From IMG/VR virus record IMGVR_UViG_3300010361_000005, positions 1 to 63,683 of that record: a stretch of DNA of 63,683 nucleotides. One strand, given 5' to 3'. The notes below the pieces were generated by a model. That model searched no databases. It was not told the origin of the DNA and saw nothing but the letters and a program-made list of their open reading frames with translations. Source of the stretch: a virus. A program made the translations under genes and the position numbers. Below, piece by piece: positions 54,169-60,648 of the stretch (its first letter is position 1; each line of letters opens with the position of its first letter).

Positions 54169-54413
54169 GCGAGGCTGCTGCGCAGCTTGTTCTTGTACCC
54201 GATGCTGTACAGCGGCACCGGCTTGCCGTCGGCAGGACGCGCGATGATCCAGCGCTCGGTGACCTTGATGTTCTTGCCACTGACGTGGACGATCGGGTGA
54301 TGGGTCTGGAGCGTCAGGGTGAAGAGACGCTTGTCAATCTCCACGCTCTTCTTGCCTGACGACCAGGCATCGAGAATCGCCTGCTGAGGCGTCAATTGCT
54401 TCTTGACGCCCAT
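54165..54413 (-). CDS. hypothetical protein (82 aa)
   Basis: TAATG junction. Confidence 0.5.
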   Translation of the reverse strand: MGVKKQLTPQQAILDAWSSGKKSVEIDKRLFTLTLQTHHPIVHVSGKNIKVTERWIIARPADGKPVPLYSIGYKNKLRSSLA

Positions 54414-54598
54414 TACCGCAGCCTCGACATGATGTCCTCGATCTGCGCGGACAACTGGCGCTGCTCCGCACGGATCTTGGCATCGGTATGCGTGTCCTTG
54501 AAGACCGCCTGCGCCCGGAGGCTCTCGCCCTTCAGGATTTCCCTGACGAGGTCGAACTCACCGGGAGTGAAGCTGACGGTGATCTTGGCTTCTGCCAT
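54413..54598 (-). CDS. hypothetical protein (61 aa)
   Basis: ATG at 54598, 5 nt after the CCAGGGAGG leader. Confidence 0.5.
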   Translation of the reverse strand: MAEAKITVSFTPGEFDLVREILKGESLRAQAVFKDTHTDAKIRAEQRQLSAQIEDIMSRLR

Positions 54599-54670
54599 GC
54601 TTACCTCCCTGGTTATAGTGTCAGATGATTCTGAGCACCGGCCATGCCCATCTCTGGGCACAGCCGCTGA
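54599..54670 (-). promoter_or_regulatory. early intergenic module M5
   Basis: Minus: TGA-TCAGCGGCTG-[TGCCCA GAGA TGGGCA]-TGGCCGGTGCTCAGAATCATCTGACACTATAACCAGGGAGG. Confidence 0.6.
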
Positions 54671-54892
54671 TCAGAGCTCTCCGTTGGTGTACAGGTCGTA
54701 CCACCGGTCGATGTCGCCCAGTCCTGGCGGCCAAGGCAGACTGTGCTTCTTGGCGTAGCTCTTGGCGTTCTTCACTGCGCGCTCGTCCCAGTCCTCGTCC
54801 TTCCAAGGATGGGCTTCGGGTGCGCTGGCCTCGTCGGCCAAGCTGGCGTAGTCCTCGCGCTCCTCGTCGTATGGCTCTTCTTGCCTGGCCAT
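54671..54892 (-). CDS. hypothetical acidic protein (73 aa)
   Basis: TAATG junction. Confidence 0.5.
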   Translation of the reverse strand: MARQEEPYDEEREDYASLADEASAPEAHPWKDEDWDERAVKNAKSYAKKHSLPWPPGLGDIDRWYDLYTNGEL

Positions 54893-55236
54893 TAGATGAG
54901 GAGGTACTCGGGACCGTAGACCATCAGCGCGTTCATGCGTGCCACGCGCCTGGCGACGAGCCGGCACTGGGCGTCACGCGAGAACGTGTCCCAACCAGGC
55001 TCGCCGTGCTCGATGTAGGACGCGCATTGGTCCCACATCTCCTTGATGAACCAGCTGTCCTCCTGCTCCATCACATCGGTCCACCCGTAGGTCGGGCTGC
55101 CGGTGTTCCGGTAGAGGCGCTGCTCCTCCCGCGTCAGCGCGGCCCACTCGTCATCGAGCGGTGCCTTCAGCTTCGGCAGTTTGAAGTCCAGTGTGATCTT
55201 GTCATACTGGAAGTCAATCGTGATGTGCTTATCCAC
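54892..55236 (-). CDS. hypothetical protein (114 aa)
   Basis: GTG start 6 nt after CCAGGGAGG. Confidence 0.5.
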   Translation of the reverse strand: MDKHITIDFQYDKITLDFKLPKLKAPLDDEWAALTREEQRLYRNTGSPTYGWTDVMEQEDSWFIKEMWDQCASYIEHGEPGWDTFSRDAQCRLVARRVARMNALMVYGPEYLLI

Positions 55237-55307
55237 ATCAACCTCCCTGGTTATGATACTCTGTCTGAGTACCAGCAAGCCCACCCTGGTGGGTGAGCCG
55301 CTGCTGC
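55237..55307 (-). promoter_or_regulatory. early intergenic module M6
   Basis: Minus: TGA-GCAGCAGCGGCTCA-[CCCAC CAGG GTGGG]-CTTGCTGGTACTCAGACAGAGTATCATAACCAGGGAGG. Confidence 0.55.
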
Positions 55308-55538
55308 TCAGTACCAGTCACGCTTTGGTACGTGTTGCCAGATCATCTCGTCTAGCTCTGCTTGGAGACGATCCTTGTTGATCGGTACGTCGGTGACGCG
55401 CAGAAAGAACAGGACGTCGCGAGTCAACTGCGCTCTCGTCTTGCCCGGAACGTACACGTGATCGGGTGCCTTCTTGCTTACCTTGACAATCACGTGTCCG
55501 TCATCCGTCAGCGTCAGAGAGTAGGAGACCCTGACCAT
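55308..55538 (-). CDS. hypothetical protein (76 aa)
   Basis: TGATG junction with upstream stop. Confidence 0.5.
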   Translation of the reverse strand: MVRVSYSLTLTDDGHVIVKVSKKAPDHVYVPGKTRAQLTRDVLFFLRVTDVPINKDRLQAELDEMIWQHVPKRDWY

Positions 55539-55876
55539 CAGTATTCGTCCAGCTTTGCTTCGCCACCGCATCTCTTACAGCGGAAGTACGTTGTCATGCC
55601 ACCGTAAGCATCGACCTCGTGCTTACCGTGCTTGAAGTCTGAGGGATGCGGGCACTCGTCGTGCTGCATCATGAAGTCCTCAGGCTGTGGCCCGGAACCA
55701 TAGCAGGTCTGCTTGATCTTGTGCGTGACCTGCTCGATCATGTTCTCGTGCCTGGTGCTTACCCAGCCGCCGCAGAAGGAGCAGTGTAGCAGTAGCTCCC
55801 ATGCTTCGTCGGGTCCGTACCACGGTGGCTCGCGCGTGACCCAAGCGTCATACGCTCTTGCGTCGATGCTTGACAC
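55538..55876 (-). CDS. Cys/His-rich zinc-finger-like protein (112 aa)
   Basis: GTG start; CSFCGG ... CKRCGG. Confidence 0.5.
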   Translation of the reverse strand: MSSIDARAYDAWVTREPPWYGPDEAWELLLHCSFCGGWVSTRHENMIEQVTHKIKQTCYGSGPQPEDFMMQHDECPHPSDFKHGKHEVDAYGGMTTYFRCKRCGGEAKLDEY

Positions 55877-56015
55877 GAGTTACACCACCCTTCTTGAATC
55901 GGCGAGCCCAAGCTTCTGCGTTGGTGCGTGCTTCAGCCTCGGTCTTGCCGTAGAAGACACAGATCTCCACGCCGATCTTGAAGTGAAACGGGTGGAGTGT
56001 TGCGTGTGTTGGCAT
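55848..56015 (-). CDS. hypothetical protein (55 aa)
   Basis: ATG at 56015, 4 nt after the CCAGGGAGG leader. Confidence 0.4.
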   Translation of the reverse strand: MPTHATLHPFHFKIGVEICVFYGKTEAEARTNAEAWARRFKKGGVTRVKHRRKSV

Positions 56016-56077
56016 ACAACCTCCCTGGTTATGGAGCGTGAACTCCGGGTGGGGCACTGTCGTGCCCTGCCCGCAGG
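56016..56077 (-). promoter_or_regulatory. early intergenic module M7
   Basis: Minus: TGA-CCTGCGGGCA-[GGGCAC GACA GTGCCC]-CACCC-[GGAG TTCACG CTCC]-ATAACCAGGGAGG. Confidence 0.6.
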
Positions 56078-57079
56078 TCACTTGTCCAGTGACTTCTGCT
56101 GCTTGAGACCTGGATCGTTGCTCACGATCCTCGCGTTGGCACCCTTGTCGCTGCCCGAGCCGTATGCAGTGTAGTTCAGCTTGCGCTGTTCCCTGTACTT
56201 GACAGGCTTGCGCTTCGCCGTGCACTGCTTACACGTGCAGTCCGCTGCGTGAGGCCTGAGCTCGGGGAAGTCTCCCCAGAGCGCATCCTTGGCCTGGTCA
56301 CGGATGTCGCGGATGACCAGAGCGACGCTGTCCTTCTCGCCGGTGCTACCAGACCGCAGCGCTGTGATGTCCTTCAGGCGCTTGCGAATCATGGTGACGA
56401 ATCCCTCGACGTAGCTGATCTGCCACTCGTCAGGATGCACCGAGACGACGTCACGTGGCGTCTTGCCGATGGTCTTGAGATGCGCCTTGTACTCGCGCAG
56501 CATCTTGCCGTTGTCGGCAGTCTTGTAACCGCCAGTGCCGTTCGGGACACGCCACTCAGGATGCCCGAGCCAGATCGCGATGTCGATGTACTTCATGCCG
56601 GCCTCTTTCGCCAACATGACATTCTCGCCCATCGTTTTGTTCGGGTCGTACTTGGGCTTGATGTGGTCGACCATCTGCAGGAGCAGATCGGTGAACAACA
56701 TGTCCAGGTACGAGAGGTCAGACGCCATGCCGTACACAGCAGCGCTGTTCTGCTTGAAGTCCCAGACGCTGTAGCTGCTGTAGCACCGGCAGAAGTCCAC
56801 GCAGGCCATCCACAGCCACGCGATGTTGTTCCTCGCGTCGATGTGCACGCCGTTGCGGAGCTCTGACCACCAGCTGATGTCCATGTCGCGCCGGACGACC
56901 AGCCGAGCGTTCTTGTCCTGGCCGAGCTTCAGCATTGCCTGGTCAATGGCGTACTTCTCCATCAGGAGGTCCGCCTTGGCCATGAATGCTTCCTTCTCGG
57001 CAGGGAAGTCGGTGCTGTTCGCCTTGGCGATCAGACCTCTGACTTTCCGCAGGATATCTTCGTGTTCCTGTTCCGTCAT
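56078..57079 (-). CDS. hypothetical protein with DUF2786-like N-terminus (333 aa)
   Basis: ILRKVRGLIAKANSTDFPAEKEAFMAKADLLMEKYAI. Confidence 0.6.
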   Translation of the reverse strand: MTEQEHEDILRKVRGLIAKANSTDFPAEKEAFMAKADLLMEKYAIDQAMLKLGQDKNARLVVRRDMDISWWSELRNGVHIDARNNIAWLWMACVDFCRCYSSYSVWDFKQNSAAVYGMASDLSYLDMLFTDLLLQMVDHIKPKYDPNKTMGENVMLAKEAGMKYIDIAIWLGHPEWRVPNGTGGYKTADNGKMLREYKAHLKTIGKTPRDVVSVHPDEWQISYVEGFVTMIRKRLKDITALRSGSTGEKDSVALVIRDIRDQAKDALWGDFPELRPHAADCTCKQCTAKRKPVKYREQRKLNYTAYGSGSDKGANARIVSNDPGLKQQKSLDK

Positions 57080-57164
57080 GCCTTTCCTCCCTGGTTTGGT
57101 AGTGTCTTACGCGGTGCGCCTAGCACACCGGGAAGTCTACCTGTTACGGTAGACTCCCGCTGGG
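57080..57164 (-). promoter_or_regulatory. early intergenic module M8
   Basis: Minus: TAA-CCCAGCGGGAG-[TCTACC GTAACA GGTAGA]-CTTCCC-[GGTGTGC TAG GCGCACC]-GCGTAAGACACTACCAAACCAGGGAGG. Confidence 0.6.
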
Positions 57165-57347
57165 TTAGGCGTCGTCTTGCGGCCAGTAGTCGAGCGAGTT
57201 GATGAACCAGCAGATCAGACGCGCTTGCCATCTGAACCGCACGATCTTCAACGGACGACCATGGTACGGATCGAAGATCTCATAGCCGCGTGGCCTGAGA
57301 GCCTTCATCAGCTGGACGATCTGGTTGATCTCTTGCGTGTGGGGCAT
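57165..57347 (-). CDS. hypothetical protein (60 aa)
   Basis: ATG 1 nt after upstream stop (alternative ATG at 57365). Confidence 0.4.
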   Translation of the reverse strand: MPHTQEINQIVQLMKALRPRGYEIFDPYHGRPLKIVRFRWQARLICWFINSLDYWPQDDA

Positions 57348-57348
57348 G

Positions 57349-57591
57349 TTACTCACGATGCCCATCCGCAAAGACGATGGCGTAGATGCCGCCGTCCTTG
57401 TCAACGCAGATTCCGCCACGTTCGGCAGCGCAGCCTGGGCCGATGTACGTTGAATAACGTACAGTGACGCTGAAATCGGCGAACTGCTTAGCCTCGTTGA
57501 CAGCGTCGAGCACGAAGTTCTTGTGCTCATCGCTGAGGTTGTTGAGCGGACTGTATTTACCGCGCAGTCCGTGGACATGAACCGTGCTCAT
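57349..57591 (-). CDS. hypothetical protein (80 aa)
   Basis: ATGA overlap. Confidence 0.5.
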   Translation of the reverse strand: MSTVHVHGLRGKYSPLNNLSDEHKNFVLDAVNEAKQFADFSVTVRYSTYIGPGCAAERGGICVDKDGGIYAIVFADGHRE

Positions 57592-57689
57592 CGCTTCGGC
57601 GGCCAGTTACCGCGACGCTTCAGCTGCGTGTACTTGATGAACATCCCCACGGGGATGCCAATCGCGAGCATGATAAGCATGCCTGTCAT
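57588..57689 (-). CDS. small membrane peptide (33 aa)
   Basis: ATG 4 nt after the CCAGGGAGG leader; MTGMLIMLAIGIPVGMFIKYTQLKRRGNWPPKR. Confidence 0.45.
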   Translation of the reverse strand: MTGMLIMLAIGIPVGMFIKYTQLKRRGNWPPKR

Positions 57690-57769
57690 ATTTCCTCCCT
57701 GGTTTGTGTTATTCGTGTTGGTGCTTATGGCGCACCGGCCGACCACCTTTAGGGTGGGCAGCCGCTGAG
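57690..57769 (-). promoter_or_regulatory. early intergenic module M9
   Basis: Minus: TGA-CTCAGCGGCTG-[CCCACC CTAAA GGTGG]-TCGGCC-[GGTGC GCCATAA GCACC]-AACACGAATAACACAAACCAGGGAGG. Confidence 0.6.
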
Positions 57770-57952
57770 TCACTTCGCAAAGTGGGCAGCGCGTGTGCTT
57801 AGCCAGAGTTCGCGTTCCTTGGCAAGCCGTTCCTGTTCCTTGAGTTCCCAGGCTGGGTAGCCTGATGGCTTACTGAAGCCACGCTTGCTGCGCTTGCCCC
57901 TGCGCTCGCGCGGCGAGTGGCCGATCTTGCGCGGGTGCTGGCGTTCTGCCAT
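57770..57952 (-). CDS. small basic protein (60 aa)
   Basis: ATG after the CCAGGGAGG leader; Arg/Lys-rich. Confidence 0.5.
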   Translation of the reverse strand: MAERQHPRKIGHSPRERRGKRSKRGFSKPSGYPAWELKEQERLAKERELWLSTRAAHFAK

Positions 57953-58021
57953 TTCTGTTCCTCCCTGGTTCGGGGTGCGTAAGCACCGGGACGGGGCACC
58001 CTGAGATGCCCCTCCCGCTGA
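57953..58021 (-). promoter_or_regulatory. early intergenic module M10
   Basis: Minus: TAG-TCAGCGGGAG-[GGGGCA TCTCAGGG TGCCCC]-GTCCC-[GGTGC TTAC GCACC]-CCGAACCAGGGAGG. Confidence 0.6.
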
Positions 58022-58297
58022 CTACGCCTGAAGTGCGGCCAGCTTGGCCTGAAGCGCCGTGATGCGCTCAGCCTTCTTGGCAGCTGCCTTCGCGGTGCGC
58101 TCAGCCTTCTTGGCCTCGCGCTCGGCCTTGGCGGTGGCCGCCTTGGCCTGGCGCTCCTGGCGGAGTGCCTCGTAGCTCGCCTTGCGCGCTGCGAGCAACG
58201 CGTCGGTGAGCTCGGTGACGTCCGTGACCTCGATCTGGAACTTCTTGCCAGACTTGAGGGTGACGGTGATCTTGCTGTTGTTGACGTCGGTGCTCAT
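58022..58297 (-). CDS. Ala/Lys/Glu-rich coiled, histone H1/Hlp-tail-like protein (91 aa); first early gene
   Basis: ATG at 58297, 5 nt after the CCAGGGAGG leader; AKAATAKAEREAKKAERTAKAAAKKAERITALQAKLAALQA. Confidence 0.55.
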   Translation of the reverse strand: MSTDVNNSKITVTLKSGKKFQIEVTDVTELTDALLAARKASYEALRQERQAKAATAKAEREAKKAERTAKAAAKKAERITALQAKLAALQA

Positions 58298-58400
58298 TTC
58301 TACCTCCCTGGTAGTTAGGGTGCGTTTGGCATTGTTGCCTCCGGTCACCAGCAGGGGGCAGGTTCAGCGCAGGGTAGTTCACGCTCAGCCTGCCCCAGCT
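58298..58400 (-). promoter_or_regulatory. early intergenic module M11 / leader of the first early gene
   Basis: Minus: CAGCTGG-[GGCAGG ..26 nt.. CCTGCC]-CCCTGCTGGTGACC...CTAACTACCAGGGAGG. Confidence 0.5.
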
Positions 58401-58913
58401 GCTAACCGTAGGGAGGGAGGTTTTGGCTTCCTAGGTGCCCGTGTCCGCGTCTCGTTCCGCGTCGCTGCGCCTGGCCTACTCCGGTTCGCTCGCGTGCCCG
58501 CCGGTTCCTTGAAGCCTCAGCTGCCTACGCTGAGCCGTACTCTGCCGGTGGCGTTCGCGCCTCGTGACGTCGCCCAAATGCCGCCGCGTCCGTAGGTCGC
58601 AAACCCTTTCGCCAGGATCGCCGCGACGCGGTCACCGCGTCGTAGCTACCTAGTTGGGGCTGCGCGCCTAGTAACCCCGTTGCTAACCCTGGTCATCCCC
58701 CTGGCGCGCGAGCCGAGGGACCATCACGCCTACTAGGGTCAGTCCGTGCCTTGAAATCGCACACGCGTCGCCCGTTGGTGAGGGTGCGACTTTGTGGTAC
58801 GCGTCGCCCCTACGATTGGTCGTTCCGCCGGAGCAGCACCCCTTTGGCCCGTTGGGGCGGGTCGCCCGCTCGCGCGGTCCCACCGTCCGGTGCCTTCAAA
58901 CTTCGGCTCCGGC

Positions 58914-58934
58914 CTGGGCGCCTCACGCGCCCAG
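58914..58934. other. 8-bp stem hairpin CTGGGCGC-CTCAC-GCGCCCAG
   Basis: Read directly in the ORF-free region. Confidence 0.5.
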
Positions 58935-58957
58935 CCCCTACATAGTAGCGCGAACCG

Positions 58958-58976
58958 GACCCCGCGGGGTCGTTTT
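58958..58976 (+). terminator. terminator-like palindrome GACCCCGCGGGGTC followed by GTTTT
   Basis: 14-bp perfect palindrome plus a short T run on the plus strand only. Confidence 0.35.
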
Positions 58977-59029
58977 CGTCGGATTTGGGACATAACTTTT
59001 TCAGCGCCGTTGGGCCTTGACCCATAGGC

Positions 59030-59167
59030 TTGAGGCTATACCTGGGCGCGTCGCTACGGTGGCGTGTACCGTTGGCGCTACGCGACCCATCCGCTAGGCT
59101 GGTTTGAGGCTACCTGGCCCACCTGGACCATGACGGCTGGCCGTACGGAGCGTGGTGGCTTGAGGCT
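59030..59167. repeat. three TTGAGGCT repeats (59030, 59104, 59160)
   Basis: GGCTTGAGGCT / GGTTTGAGGCT / GGCTTGAGGCT read directly. Confidence 0.55.
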
Positions 59168-59222
59168 CGGCTAGGCGGTACGCTCCCCGGCGGCTCGGAT
59201 TTGAGCGCTGAATTGTGGCACC

Positions 59223-59713
59223 GAATCCCTGTGGAATGGTGGGTGGCTGAGTTCTTTGAGGATTGAGGTTGCGAATCCGCTGGTAAATCGGAACTTCTAA
59301 GGCTCAAAGCCGAGGGAATGCCTTCGCAAAACGTGGGGAAAAGGCCGCAGAATCCCATGTGTCTATTCTCTCCTGATTTGGCTACGACAAATCCGAATTC
59401 TTTGTGGTCACACATGCCATTTCGCATGGCGATTGTCGCAAAAAACTAAACACAAAGGAATCCGAAAGTGCGGGTGCAACGCACAAAAATTGCATTCAGA
59501 GATAGTTTCATGGCAAATAGCCGATTTGATCCGAATTATTTCAGTATTTTCGGCCATTTGAATCCGACAAATCCGACAAAAAAGCTTCTGTACTCCTTAG
59601 CTCAGTCATCAAATCGTATTTGTCTCTAAAAAAAAACTCGAAACGCAGGTTCTAGCAAATCCATAATCGCATGGAATCCAGATTCACCATTTCTATAGAA
59701 AGTAAAGAATCCC
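59223..59713. repeat. iteron-like cluster of about 12 RAATCCN repeats in AT-rich DNA
   Basis: GAATCC-type cores at 59223, 59273, 59350, 59389, 59457, 59528, 59561, 59570, 59657, 59673 and 59707, plus AAATCG variants. Confidence 0.6.
59561..59578. repeat. tandem AATCCGACA x2
   Basis: Two directly abutting 9-mers followed by an A run. Confidence 0.7.
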
Positions 59714-59776
59714 ATTCCATACACAAATCTCTCGTTCCCGTCGAGTCCAGATCGTCCTCGCGCGTAGGACTTGCGA

Positions 59777-59790
59777 GCGCGTACACGCGC
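59777..59790. promoter_or_regulatory. GCGCGTACACGCGC box (exact)
   Basis: Exact 14-mer. Confidence 0.6.
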
Positions 59791-59827
59791 GGGAGGAGAG
59801 CGATTTTCGCAAATGGGTCCAACGTAT

Positions 59828-59841
59828 GCGCGTACACGCGC
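59828..59841. promoter_or_regulatory. GCGCGTACACGCGC box (exact)
   Basis: Exact 14-mer, 51 bp from the copy at 59777. Confidence 0.6.
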
Positions 59842-60073
59842 TCGAGAGAGGAAATCTGCACTAGGCCGCCGCCATCGCACTTTCAGCCCACAAAGACGCT
59901 CGAATGCCCACAAAAGAAACTCCGACCGACCCGACTAGCTTTTCACCGCCGGATAAGGTAGACTAAGCCGTCGGTGTTCGGGGTGCTACCCGCTCGGGTC
60001 CTGGTAGTGTCCCTGAGCGGTAGCATCCCGGCACTAACGGCACCAAGCGACACTACCAACAGGGGACGGGGAT

Positions 60074-60364
60074 ATGAGTCAAGAAGAACCACTGCCGATC
60101 ACGCTGCCTGATCTCGAACGGCTGCTTTACGAAACTCGCGCGATCGTTCACCAGGAAGGACTGGGGACATGGTTTGAGCGGCGCGGCATGGAGTACGAGA
60201 CCATGTATCCGTTCTACATGGGCCTAATGGGCGCGGCCACTGAACACATCTACAGGCTGCAGCGACACGGCGATGACGGCACCGATGCGATCTTCGAGCT
60301 CATCCTCACAACTTTCCTGCTCGGATGGATGATGAAGGAACAATACGGGAGGGGTAGACCGTGA
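60074..60364 (+). CDS. hypothetical protein (96 aa)
   Basis: ATG after the GACACTACCAACAGGGGACGGGGAT leader. Confidence 0.55.
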   Translation: MSQEEPLPITLPDLERLLYETRAIVHQEGLGTWFERRGMEYETMYPFYMGLMGAATEHIYRLQRHGDDGTDAIFELILTTFLLGWMMKEQYGRGRP

Positions 60365-60621
60365 CATTGCACGTCAGGCTGATTCACACCCAGGAAAACG
60401 ACAAACAAGAGCAAGAAGCCTTGCTGTGGACAGACCACACTTGCGAGAAGCTTCAGGTTGCCCTGCCCTTCGGGCAGCTTCTCACGGTTCTTGATACGGG
60501 CGAGGACATCGCCGTCGTCATTCACGAGGCAGACCAGGATGAGAACACCGAACCCGCCGAGTGCGTGTATTCGTGTGTTCACAACGGAACTCCCAACAAT
60601 ATTCACGAACGGGGGGAATGA
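60361..60621 (+). CDS. hypothetical acidic protein (86 aa)
   Basis: GTGA overlap. Confidence 0.45.
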   Translation: MTLHVRLIHTQENDKQEQEALLWTDHTCEKLQVALPFGQLLTVLDTGEDIAVVIHEADQDENTEPAECVYSCVHNGTPNNIHERGE

Positions 60622-60648
60622 CATCAAACAACAAACGAAGGAGATGAG

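Noticed and set aside
50996-58400. Whether the repeated intergenic hairpin modules could be a CRISPR-like array or MITE-type mobile repeats
   Set aside because: The conserved parts are short flanks and an SD, while the stems vary. Each copy sits exactly between a stop and a start codon of consecutive genes. There is no constant repeat/spacer periodicity and there are no target-site duplications.
58182-58595. 137-aa plus-strand ORF and other ORFs in the 58.4-60 kb region (58739-58993, 59110-59427, 59626-59913, 59671-59961)
   Set aside because: Low-complexity or Arg/Pro-rich translations with no SD. They overlap one another in several frames, and the region is better explained as regulatory or non-coding.
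58400-60070. tRNA genes, an integrase/attP core or a lysogeny switch in the ORF-free region
   Set aside because: I could not fold any cloverleaf with the conserved T-loop/D-loop pattern. No integrase, excisionase or CI/Cro-like pair is encoded anywhere, so a temperate lifestyle is unsupported.
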